DNA from: an uncultured virus (IMG/VR IMGVR_UViG_3300011437_000001)
Lineage: Duplodnaviria; Heunggongvirae; Uroviricota; Caudoviricetes
IMG/VR virus record: IMGVR_UViG_3300011437_000001
Reading direction: 5' to 3' (one strand)
Length of the DNA stretch: 64,000 bases
Shown here: one piece after another, positions 8,744-16,723 of the stretch
Numbering within the stretch: position 1 is the stretch's first letter
Layout: each line of letters begins with the position of its first letter
Notes under the pieces: model-generated
The model's input: the letters and a program-made list of their open reading frames with translations, nothing else
Database searches by the model: none
What the model was told of the DNA's origin: nothing
Translations under genes and position numbers: made by a program

Positions 8744-9864
8744 CACTTCCCCGCCTCCGCGATGGCGTCCGCCAGATGTCCGGCCTGCTCGGCGTTCAGC
8801 GCTTCGATGTCCTTCTGTGCCGACAGCCACGCGATGGAGAAGTTCTTGCACACGGCGCTGCGCGCGTCCGCCGGCAGCTTCTCCAGCTTGGCCTTGAGTT
8901 CGGCGGCCTTAATCTTGCCGATGGTGCCGGTGGGTTTCTTGGATTCTGGCGGAGCCGGCTCGGGGTTGGGCGCCGGCTGCTCGACCATATTGCCGGCGTC
9001 GGCAGATTGGTCGGCGGGGGGCTGTGGCTCGGATGAATCAGCGGGCTTCGCTTCCTGCTTCTTGCTCTTGTCGGCGATGGCCTTGGCCTTGGCCTTTGCG
9101 GACTGACCGGCTGCCGGAGTCTCTGCTGGGCCTTCCGCGGCGAACACGTCGTCGATGTTGGCTTCGCCGGACTTGACGGCTTGGAACACGCCGATCATGT
9201 CGGCCACGTCGTCCAGACTGATCTCTTCCACGGACTGGCGTTCCAGCTTAGCCAGAAGCATTTCCTTGGTGACGCCCATCTTGGCGAATTGCTGGATCAT
9301 GCCGTCGCGGCGCGTCGCCAGACTCTTCACGTCGCCCACCGCCGCACGCCGGGCCTCGTTGTAGATAGGTTCCCAGAACGCCTTGGGGATGCAGCGGAAC
9401 ACTGAGTTGCGAATGGCAATGGAGATGGCCGCGTTGGCGGTCACGTTGATCATGTCGTCGTTGTATCGCTTGCCGTACTTGTCGGTGATGCGGCGGCGCA
9501 CGTCGGTGCGATACGCGGTATTCTTTTGGAGATCGGCACACACGCCGCGAGCCACGATGTGCTTGGCACCTTCCTCGACGATGTAGCCCTCGACGCGGAT
9601 GTGCTCCCAGGCGTTGACCAGGATCTCCGCCAGTCGCACCGAGCCGCCGGTGATGGGCTTGCCGCCACGCGGCAGCGAGTACAGGCACGAGGCGGCGACC
9701 TCTTGCGAGTGCAGGGCCAGTGTGCGGGCCTCGTCGATGCAGCGGCCAATGCTGCGCGGATAGTTGCGGGCCGTGGTGATTTGGATGTCCAGCTCGCCGC
9801 GGCTGATCGCTTCGATGGCCGTGACTTCCGGGGTGAATGGTGCCTCGATGATGTCAGTCGTCAT
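8743..9864 (-). CDS. Phage protein, putative single-strand annealing (RecT-role) partner of YqaJ
   Basis: TARNYPRS...YSLPRGGKPITGGSVRLAE; directly downstream of the YqaJ exonuclease; function inferred from synteny. Confidence 0.55.
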   Translation of the reverse strand: MTTDIIEAPFTPEVTAIEAISRGELDIQITTARNYPRSIGRCIDEARTLALHSQEVAASCLYSLPRGGKPITGGSVRLAEILVNAWEHIRVEGYIVEEGAKHIVARGVCADLQKNTAYRTDVRRRITDKYGKRYNDDMINVTANAAISIAIRNSVFRCIPKAFWEPIYNEARRAAVGDVKSLATRRDGMIQQFAKMGVTKEMLLAKLERQSVEEISLDDVADMIGVFQAVKSGEANIDDVFAAEGPAETPAAGQSAKAKAKAIADKSKKQEAKPADSSEPQPPADQSADAGNMVEQPAPNPEPAPPESKKPTGTIGKIKAAELKAKLEKLPADARSAVCKNFSIAWLSAQKDIEALNAEQAGHLADAIAEAGK

Positions 9865-10741
9865 TTGCGATTCCCTTCTCTCTCAGTTGCCAGTATTCGC
9901 CGGGCTCAACCTTGTAGCCTTTGCGTTTGATCAATTTGCGCGTCAGCGTCAGACCGCCGGGAAGCTCGACAGTTTCGGCGTCACCCATCTTGGCCAGAAT
10001 GCGACCCTTGGCGGCCTCTTCCATGGCGGTCAGCGCCGCGATGCCCTTCTTGGCGTTGATCCAATGGTTGACCAGCTTCTTGTCCTCGCGCTTCCACTCG
10101 ACGATGGCACCGGCCTTGGGCGCGCGGCGGGCGAGCAGCGTGGAAGCGTTGGCGTAGTCGTCATCCTCTGCGTCGGGCTCGATGCCCTCGACGATGTGCT
10201 TCTGCCACCAGTCGGCGGCGATGGTCTCAATGGTCGCGCAAAACTCAGGGTCGCAGGGGATTTCGTACTGGCGAAACTCGAAGCCGCGGGCAGCGAGCAG
10301 CAGCAGCACGTAGCCGCGATCTGCGCCGCAGGCGAGCATCTGTGTCTGTAACTGGACCCAGACGTACTCAGGAACATCTGCCGAACCGTCCTCGCCCCAG
10401 TCGTGGGCCTCGCCGGAGGTTTTGAAGTCGAGAGGCTGTTTCTCCCAATCGTCGCTGCCGGTGACGCCAACCACGATCGACGCATCGAGATTCGCCGCGA
10501 TGATGCCCATGGTGACGCGCTCGCCGGGCACGACATTGTCCCAGCGCCGCGCAGCCTCTTGCATCATTGCCGGTTCGAGAAGTTTCCCTATCCGCATGGG
10601 CTCGGATTCAGCAGCCTCGACGCCTTGCGTTTTTTCGAGCCAGACCTGATACGCGCCGCCGTAGGCGCCGGTCACAATGCGGGCAATGTCAGTTGCTCCG
10701 AGCCCTTTGCGCCGCTCAGCCAGCCATGCCTCTCGGTCCAC
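9854..10741 (-). CDS. YqaJ/lambda-exonuclease-family viral recombinase
   Basis: REAWLAERRKGLGATD, GKLLEP, AANLDA, DFKT and YVWVQLQTQM motifs. Confidence 0.9.
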   Translation of the reverse strand: MDREAWLAERRKGLGATDIARIVTGAYGGAYQVWLEKTQGVEAAESEPMRIGKLLEPAMMQEAARRWDNVVPGERVTMGIIAANLDASIVVGVTGSDDWEKQPLDFKTSGEAHDWGEDGSADVPEYVWVQLQTQMLACGADRGYVLLLLAARGFEFRQYEIPCDPEFCATIETIAADWWQKHIVEGIEPDAEDDDYANASTLLARRAPKAGAIVEWKREDKKLVNHWINAKKGIAALTAMEEAAKGRILAKMGDAETVELPGGLTLTRKLIKRKGYKVEPGEYWQLREKGIANDD

Positions 10742-10934
10742 GTTGCTGCCCCTTCTTGTTCCTGCCGCCCTTGGGCGGCGGCTCCTTGCACGTGCGCTTG
10801 CGCGCATCGTCGCACTCGTCCAGGTGACACACGCCGGCGCCGCAGCGGATGCAGCAGCGCACCCTGCCGGGCACGGCACACACGTTGCAGACGGCGAGTT
10901 TGTGGGTGTCCGTTAACATCGATGGTTGCGCCAA
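10716..10934 (-). CDS. Small Cys-rich hypothetical protein
   Basis: CNVC, CCIRC, CHLDEC; start uncertain. Confidence 0.45.
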   Translation of the reverse strand: MAQPSMLTDTHKLAVCNVCAVPGRVRCCIRCGAGVCHLDECDDARKRTCKEPPPKGGRNKKGQQRGPRGMAG

Positions 10935-11318
10935 AATGCGAGCAGTGGCTTTGCGCCCACGACATAGGCTCGCCGGTTGCGATCCGGCTACGTGGCCTAT
11001 CCGCTGCCCGCGTTTGCCGAGCGAGTGTTTGGCCGCTCATCCGCCGTGTCTCGCTCGGTCTACCGTCTTTCCGGCATGCCAGGCTTTTGGTAACGCGGAG
11101 CAACCCGCCCGTGGTCATCGAGTGAGCATAGTTGCGGCGGATTCTCGGCTCCGCCGCGCGCCGTACGGGGGGGGTAATGCGAAAGTCAAAAGCAGCAGGG
11201 CTTCGTCTACGAGCGTACGAATGCGGGGGTGAAAGGAAGGGGTGGCATTGCGCCACACTTCTGCTCGCCCCTTGTTCCTGCCGCAATGCACCAGAGGCCG
11301 TTAGGCCCGTGGGGGATT

Positions 11319-11798
11319 TCATGGCTTCACCTGATCAATTGCAGACCAAATGGGTGCCAGCTCTGCAAGTTCCGCATACCGCTTCTGGATTGCGCGAAGT
11401 TCCTTCTTCGCTTGGGCCAGCATTTCTGCCCGCTTTTCCTCGTCGCTCATGATCGCGTCTACTGACTCGTATCCGAGTTCCGCCTTTCGCATGCTCGGAC
11501 GGCTTTGGAATTGCCTCGTCACCGCCACATCCACAACTTTCGTGCCTCGCGCCTCTCGAATCACAGTGAGGCGAACCCGTCGGATCAGTCCCCGGGCCTG
11601 GATAATTCGGTAGGCTTCGCTCGCGATGGCGTCGTCCCATTCAAAATACTGATGAAGGGGGCTGTCCTCGTCGCGAGCCGCCTCCACTATTGCGGCCGGC
11701 GGCAGTGCGTTGTCGTTGTTTGTCGCGATCTCCAGCAATGCAGAGCGCAACGTTTCGGCCGCCGCATCCCGCGCGCTTGGCTCTATGACTGTTGTCAC
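11319..11798 (-). CDS. Phage hypothetical protein immediately downstream of the RAMP-like gene
   Basis: GTG start 5 nt after the RAMP stop, AAGGAG RBS; motif IVEAARDEDSPLHQYFEWDDAIASEAYRIIQARGLI. Confidence 0.8.
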   Translation of the reverse strand: MTTVIEPSARDAAAETLRSALLEIATNNDNALPPAAIVEAARDEDSPLHQYFEWDDAIASEAYRIIQARGLIRRVRLTVIREARGTKVVDVAVTRQFQSRPSMRKAELGYESVDAIMSDEEKRAEMLAQAKKELRAIQKRYAELAELAPIWSAIDQVKP

Positions 11799-11802
11799 CG
11801 AT

Positions 11803-12444
11803 CTACTCCTTTTGCTCGGGGACCATGAAGCAGCCCCAGCCCTGGCCATTTGAATCCTTGGAGAAGTGCCGGCCTTCGCAGATTCCCACCTGCCTGCCAG
11901 CGCGATCAAGAAGATTGATTACCGAGCCCGCGGAGATTACGGCCTCGTCAAATTCGATGGTGAGGGTTGCAGCCCACTCGCGGTACATGGGGCGGATGCG
12001 AATATCTGCCGAACCGCCGTCATTGCGCACTAACGATTCGAGCTTCTCGGCGGCGTTACCATCGATCTTCACCAAGGGCGTGCCGTCGTCGGCATCAAAT
12101 CCATCCGCAATGATGAACACGCCGATCTTCGCCTTCGTCATTGGTAGGCCGGTCAACCGGCAGGCATCGACCATCGCCGAGCGAAAGCCAGCGGCTGGAA
12201 TGCCATCCCACCCGTCGCCGGCGACGTGCCGCGCCTCCTGGAAGTCGTTCTCGAAATCGCGTGGCTCGCGCGTCGCCTTGGACTTCTTCTGGTTGGCTGG
12301 CGTAGACATTGCCGCCTTCATTTTTTCGCGAGCCTTTTTTGAAAATTTGTGAATAACTAACGGTGAAGTGCCAACGATACGCACCTTCAATCTGGTGATC
12401 TTCGCCCGTTCGATTACGACCTGCTCCTGCTTGACGCCCGCCAT
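11803..12444 (-). CDS. Stand-alone Cas7/RAMP-like protein
   Basis: N-terminal strand VRIVGTSPLVIH, GIPAAGFRSAMVDAC (cf. RAMP IPxxxxKG helix), IRPMYREWAATLTIEF, C-terminal Gly-rich loop AGRQVGICEGR...GQGWGCF. Confidence 0.75.
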   Translation of the reverse strand: MAGVKQEQVVIERAKITRLKVRIVGTSPLVIHKFSKKAREKMKAAMSTPANQKKSKATREPRDFENDFQEARHVAGDGWDGIPAAGFRSAMVDACRLTGLPMTKAKIGVFIIADGFDADDGTPLVKIDGNAAEKLESLVRNDGGSADIRIRPMYREWAATLTIEFDEAVISAGSVINLLDRAGRQVGICEGRHFSKDSNGQGWGCFMVPEQKE

Positions 12445-12467
12445 CTAAAACCCTCTCAAAAAAAGAG

Positions 12468-12737
12468 TTGCCTCGCCTCGCCTGACCACGCCCCTCATGC
12501 CTTGCCTGCCATGCCGTGCCCGACCAAGCCCAGCCTCGCCGCACCAGGACTCGCCTGACCACGCCTGCCATGCCGCGCCCCGCCTCGCCGTGGCCCGCCA
12601 AGCCCGGCCTGTCCAAGCCTTGCCTGCCGTGCCTGGCCCAGCCGAGCCGCCCTTGCCCAGCCTCGCCATGCCTGCCGCGCCCCGCCTTGCCTCGTCGCGC
12701 CTCGCCCTGCACCTGCCCTGCCCTGCCTAGCCTCGTC
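12468..12737 (-). repeat. Tandem array of ~55 GGY-NN pentamers with GGCA punctuation; candidate non-coding guide-RNA array
   Basis: Minus strand reads ...GGCA GGCGT GGTCA GGCGA GTCCT GGTGC GGCGA GGCTG GGCTT GGTCG GGCAC GGCAT GGCA...; 270 nt, between an upstream stop codon and the RAMP RBS. Confidence 0.92.
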
Positions 12738-12936
12738 AGATCTTCGGGGGAGTGCTACTCCCGTTCTCCAATTCGCGCCGCGCCTGCGCCGCATACTCGT
12801 GCAGGTCGGCAAGCGTTCTTTCCGGATAATGAATTAGGGCAATTGCGACTTTGCGAAATGCTGGGTCTCGCGCCTGTGAGACTTTGCTGACGCTGATGCC
12901 CCAGATGTCGGCGAGTTCCTTGCAGGACAACTGCAT
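12736..12936 (-). CDS. Small HTH DNA-binding protein
   Basis: LSCKELADIWGISVSKVSQ HTH pattern. Confidence 0.7.
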   Translation of the reverse strand: MQLSCKELADIWGISVSKVSQARDPAFRKVAIALIHYPERTLADLHEYAAQARRELENGSSTPPKI

Positions 12937-13028
12937 TTAACCACCTAGCGCCATCCGTGGTTAAAAATCGCAATTCCCTGGTTAAACTCGCAAATCCATT
13001 CACCATTGTGCCTCCGTGCAGCTTGCGT

Positions 13029-13235
13029 CTACTCTGCTGGCATATGTGGAATGCCGAACATCCTTTCAAACCTTTGAATGTCGTGCGCCCGGTATCGCAC
13101 GCCCTTGCCGATCCGCAGCGGCTCCACGCCGTAGCGGCGCAGCCAGCGATGAACTTGCCTCTCCGACAGGCTCCAGCGAGACGCGAGCTGCGCGTAACTC
13201 AAAAGCCTCGGGGTTTCGTTACCGAGCTTCCCCAT
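13029..13235 (-). CDS. Excisionase-like HTH protein
   Basis: LLSYAQLASRWSLSERQVHRW...LRIGKGVRYRAHDIQRF (HTH_17-like); near the integrase. Confidence 0.75.
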   Translation of the reverse strand: MGKLGNETPRLLSYAQLASRWSLSERQVHRWLRRYGVEPLRIGKGVRYRAHDIQRFERMFGIPHMPAE

Positions 13236-13404
13236 TGCCGGCTTCCTTGCGCTCGCGCTCCTCCGCCTTCAAGCGGACCAATTCAAGGATCGCCCATTGC
13301 ACGCGGCGCGTGGCCGCTCGCGGCCCCTGGAGATAACTCGGGGCCAAATCATCGAGCGGCTTCAGTTCGCTCTTGGGGATCACCATTCGAACTACTGCGG
13401 GCAT
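13219..13404 (-). CDS. Small regulator, possibly ribbon-helix-helix (Cro-like position)
   Basis: AAGGAGG RBS; first gene of the leftward operon; alternating beta pattern VVRMVIP followed by helices. Confidence 0.5.
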   Translation of the reverse strand: MPAVVRMVIPKSELKPLDDLAPSYLQGPRAATRRVQWAILELVRLKAEERERKEAGNGEAR

Positions 13405-13508
13405 TCGAACCTCCTTGCGTAGCAAGTGAGCCCAAGGTTAGCCCAGAGTCAGCCACATGTCAACAGAAAAAGCATCTGACGGCTGTGCATTCGCTGTGCT
13501 TGCGTTCC

Positions 13509-13533
13509 TAAGTCGCTGTGCTACAAAGACTTG
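13509..13533. promoter_or_regulatory. Imperfect palindrome TAAGTC-N13-GACTTG (copy of a recurring motif)
   Basis: Lies in the divergent intergenic region, 2 nt before the ATG at 13536. Confidence 0.5.
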
Positions 13534-13535
13534 CG

Positions 13536-13805
13536 ATGGCAAAAAATGATGCGAAAAAATTTCTACAACTGAGCGTAAAGGTCACGGCACCGCTGCGAAA
13601 AGAGTTCCTTGTGGCTGTTGCGGAGGCGGAGGGACTCGGCGACATGGACCCGCAGGAAATCCAACGTCGAGCGACCGATTGCATGCGGGCAAGCCTCCTC
13701 CGCTTCGCTCGTTCGAGCGTAACCGAAAGACGCGAGTGGATACGGCTGGCTCGCGTCTACGACTTGGATCTGCTCGACCAGGCTGGCAAGAAGTCCAAGT
13801 CCTAG
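13536..13805 (+). CDS. Putative ribbon-helix-helix repressor
   Basis: FLQLSVKVTAPLRKEF pattern; divergent from the early operon. Confidence 0.55.
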   Translation: MAKNDAKKFLQLSVKVTAPLRKEFLVAVAEAEGLGDMDPQEIQRRATDCMRASLLRFARSSVTERREWIRLARVYDLDLLDQAGKKSKS

Positions 13806-13981
13806 CCGCGCCATTCGGACACCTTCTCGACGAGCAGGGCAACGGCCTCCAGCTCGTCCGTGCCCAGTAGGTTGAGGTTCTGGGTAATCTCGCCCACTAA
13901 TGCCGTCTTGCGCCCGTCCGCCTTTGCCAGTTCGTTCCGCTCCCGGGTAATCCGTTCGTTTTGAATTGCGTTGCTGGCCAT
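13802..13981 (-). CDS. Small hypothetical protein
   Basis: AAGGAGG RBS; MASNAIQNER... Confidence 0.6.
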   Translation of the reverse strand: MASNAIQNERITRERNELAKADGRKTALVGEITQNLNLLGTDELEAVALLVEKVSEWRG

Positions 13982-14090
13982 CGTTGCCTCCTTTTGGTTT
14001 TGAAAAGCCCCGGCCCACGCGGGCCACTGAATCAAGTATGCGCTATGCGCATGCAAAAAGCAAGTAGAAGGTAAGCGTAAGGTACACAAA

Positions 14091-14378
14091 ATGTGTCAGT
14101 TGACCGATGCAGTACGTGTGTTCACAGTCTGTGGCGTGGATAAAAAACCTTCGACGGTCAATCAGAATTTCCGCGTAAGCCCCGCCCTCAAGGCGGCGTT
14201 CGATAGCTTCACCGATGGTTTTCGGTCTCGCGTGCCCAGGGTGCCAATCGGCGACATCGGTGGGGCGGCCATGTTGTTGTTGATGCAACAGCCAGACGAC
14301 GTTGTTTTGAGGCTCTGTACGGAGGCCCGCAACTTCAGTGGGCCGCAGCCACGTCCCGTCGCGCGGAAGGGGCGCTAG
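14091..14378 (+). CDS. Putative ribbon-helix-helix regulator
   Basis: VNQNFRVSPALKAAFDSF pattern; start uncertain. Confidence 0.5.
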   Translation: MCQLTDAVRVFTVCGVDKKPSTVNQNFRVSPALKAAFDSFTDGFRSRVPRVPIGDIGGAAMLLLMQQPDDVVLRLCTEARNFSGPQPRPVARKGR

Positions 14379-14522
14379 TTGGTTGTATTGGAGCATTTTG
14401 GTTTCAAGCGGAGCTGGCGACCTGCCCTCCTGGCAGCCGATTCCATGACCGTTCGCCAGCTCGCCGGGGCGGTAAGCCCGATGGGAGCTTCGAGGGCGCA
14501 AGTTAGGCGAAAGGTAGGGTCC

Positions 14523-14825
14523 ATGTCAACACGCAAAATGGGGGTTCTTCTGGGCTGTTTGGTACTAGCAGTAGGGGGGTGCGGTGCCACATTCGACCCG
14601 AAAGAGGAAGCGAGAGCCGAGTGCATCTCGCGCATTGCCGGAATGACGAATCGCGATTTCGATGATTGGTTCCTGGCCGCCTCGTTGAACCGTGAAAGTG
14701 GCATGTCGCTGTTCGAGGCGCGGACCCTAACCATTGAGGCGTGCTATTACATTTTCGAGGGCGACTTGGGTGGTGCAGCTGACTGCACTGCCTGTGCTGA
14801 TCGCATCCTTGCGACCGTTTACTAG
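14523..14825 (+). CDS. Putative lipoprotein
   Basis: MSTRKMGVLLGCLVLAVGGC lipobox-like signal. Confidence 0.6.
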   Translation: MSTRKMGVLLGCLVLAVGGCGATFDPKEEARAECISRIAGMTNRDFDDWFLAASLNRESGMSLFEARTLTIEACYYIFEGDLGGAADCTACADRILATVY

Positions 14826-14827
14826 CC

Positions 14828-16003
14828 GTGTCCCTCCACCGCACGTCAACTGGCTGGCGCATCGACTGGCGGGATCCGGCGGGCAGCAGGCACCGCTGGG
14901 GTTCATTCCAAAGGAAGGACGCGGCAGAAAGCTTCGAGCGGAACCTGGTGTACCTCGCCCAGGCGGCGCGTGCCGGCCTGGCTCCGCCCTCGGAACTATC
15001 GGCCTGGCTCGATGATCTTCCGCCGAGGGACCGCAAGCGGCTGGAGCAATTCGGCCTGCTGCGTCGGGCGAATGACGCCCCAATCCTCCCCGCCATCGAC
15101 GAGTGGGAAGCTTCTTTGATCCGCCGCGAGCGTGTGCCGGCCCACGTCCAGTCGCATGTAGGACGCGTCCGGCTGGCCGTGGCGCGAATGGGCATGACTA
15201 CCCTGACCGATCTGACGCCGGATCGAGTAGAGCGGCTCGTAGCTGGCCTGCGCACGAAAACCGACGAGCACTGGGCTCGGTCGGCGGCGACGGCAAATCA
15301 TTACATTTTGGGGCTAAAGCACTTCGCCCGCTGGTGCGTGGACACCAAGCGGTTGCCCGTCGATCCGCTCATTCGGGTTCACAAGATCGCCGTTTTGGAA
15401 AGGGCGAAGGTGCGTCGGGCGTTGCCGCTGGAGGACGTGGCCAAGCTGATCGCCCACACCAAAGAGACACCGCGGGGATGGTTGTATCGGTTGGCCTTGG
15501 AGACCGGGTTCCGCTACGGCGAGCTGATGAGCCTGACGCCGCGATCGTTCACGCTCGGCAAGAATCCCACGGTTGCGGTGACGGCGACTCACTCCCGCAA
15601 GCACAAGCGCGGCCGCAGCGTTCCGTTGGTGCCATCGACCGCTCGCGAGCTAAAGAAGTGGCTTGAAGGCAAGCCGAAAGACGAGCCCATCTTCGCGGGG
15701 CTGATCCCCCGGCCGGAAATGGCGGCGCCGTTGCTCCGCGCGGACCTACTGGCCGCAGGCGTCGAGATTGCTGCGGACGTTACCGAGCAGGGGGGGATTG
15801 ATTTCCACAGCTTAAGGCACACGTTCTGCACGCGGCTGGGTCGCACGGGCGTGGATCTCCAGACGTTCATGAGCCTGACAGGTCACAAGACCGCGGCCGT
15901 TGCCTTGGGCTATATCCACGACGACGAGGGGGAGCGACGAAAGGCGATGGCCATCACGCAAGCATGGAGCGGCACAAAGGTGGCACGAAAGAAGGGCAAG
16001 TGA
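14828..16003 (+). CDS. int: Tyrosine recombinase/integrase
   Basis: LALETGFRYGEL (catalytic R), DFHSLRHTF (HxLR), LTGHK...LGY (H, Y). Confidence 0.95.
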   Translation: MSLHRTSTGWRIDWRDPAGSRHRWGSFQRKDAAESFERNLVYLAQAARAGLAPPSELSAWLDDLPPRDRKRLEQFGLLRRANDAPILPAIDEWEASLIRRERVPAHVQSHVGRVRLAVARMGMTTLTDLTPDRVERLVAGLRTKTDEHWARSAATANHYILGLKHFARWCVDTKRLPVDPLIRVHKIAVLERAKVRRALPLEDVAKLIAHTKETPRGWLYRLALETGFRYGELMSLTPRSFTLGKNPTVAVTATHSRKHKRGRSVPLVPSTARELKKWLEGKPKDEPIFAGLIPRPEMAAPLLRADLLAAGVEIAADVTEQGGIDFHSLRHTFCTRLGRTGVDLQTFMSLTGHKTAAVALGYIHDDEGERRKAMAITQAWSGTKVARKKGK

Positions 16004-16006
16004 TCG

Positions 16007-16031
16007 TAAGTGTCGGATTCATAAGGCGTTA
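16007..16031. promoter_or_regulatory. Motif copy TAAGTG-N13-GCGTTA next to the att core
   Basis: Same half-sites and spacing as the copies at 13509, 18706 and 25889. Confidence 0.45.
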
Positions 16032-16046
16032 CGCAACACACGATAG

Positions 16047-16091
16047 GGACTGAAAATCCGTGTGTCGGCGGTTCAACTCCGCCTCTGCCCA
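16047..16091 (+). other. Putative attP core: 3' half of tRNA-Phe(GAA)
   Basis: GGA-CTGAAAA-TCCGT-GTGTC-GGCGG-TTCAACT-CCGCC-TCTGCCC-A gives the anticodon loop, T arm and acceptor 3' strand; no 5' half upstream; 44 nt after the integrase stop. Confidence 0.85.
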
Positions 16092-16267
16092 TTCGCAGGA
16101 AACAGCGTTTTCCGCCGTTTGCAATGGTTTACGTGCGGTTTTCCTGCGCTGCCAACAATGACCGTTGCTGACCGATACCTACCGTAAACTTCCCAAACTG
16201 TGGCAGTGGATTGGCAGCGGATGTTAGGTGGACACCCTAACAGGCGGGCAATATTGCGCTCCCGGTC

Positions 16268-16723
16268 CTAGTCGAACTCGGCCCCCACCCGCACCACCCG
16301 CTTACCTTCCAGCCGGATCACCCCGTTGTTGAGGCCCCAATGCTTGATCGCATTGATGCGGCTGTCGCTCACCGGCAGTTCCTGCTCGGCCATGGCGGCC
16401 CGGATCTGGCTGTAGGTCATGCCCTCGATGAGAAACTTGAGCACCCGCCAACGGCGCTGGGCCCGCCATTGCTGCCGGCCGTAGTTGGTCAGCGCCAGCG
16501 CCACCAGCCGCTTTTTGACGCGCAGGTGCTGGGCGAACTCGGGGATGGAATTGTAGCCGTGGGTCGCGCGCAGCTCGGCCACGCGCTTGGCGATTATGGC
16601 CAGCTCGGTGCGCCGTGCGTGCAGGCCGGCCACGCGGCGGGCCTTGACGTCGCTGAAGTACGCCTCCGCCTTCTGCTGGCAGCACGGGCAGAGCGCCTTA
16701 CACAAGTCGGCGTGGTTGGACAT
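16268..16723 (-). CDS. Basic hypothetical protein, possible tandem HTH
   Basis: SIPEFAQHLRVKKRLV and GMTYSQIRAAM...VSDSRIN segments. Confidence 0.55.
   Translation of the reverse strand: MSNHADLCKALCPCCQQKAEAYFSDVKARRVAGLHARRTELAIIAKRVAELRATHGYNSIPEFAQHLRVKKRLVALALTNYGRQQWRAQRRWRVLKFLIEGMTYSQIRAAMAEQELPVSDSRINAIKHWGLNNGVIRLEGKRVVRVGAEFD

Noticed and set aside
12468..12737. Canonical CRISPR array or simple microsatellite
   Set aside because: There are no 23-47-nt repeats with unique spacers, and variation confined mainly to two of five positions plus regular punctuation is unlike slippage-derived repeats.
12095..12890. Several Arg/Gly/Ala- or Pro/Cys-rich ORFs across the pentamer array
   Set aside because: They are by-products of a stop-poor GGCNN repeat that is open in many frames; a 5-nt period is not codon-compatible and none has a convincing RBS.
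16020..16095. Complete tRNA-Phe gene
   Set aside because: No acceptor 5' strand or D arm upstream of the anticodon stem; treated as an att core.
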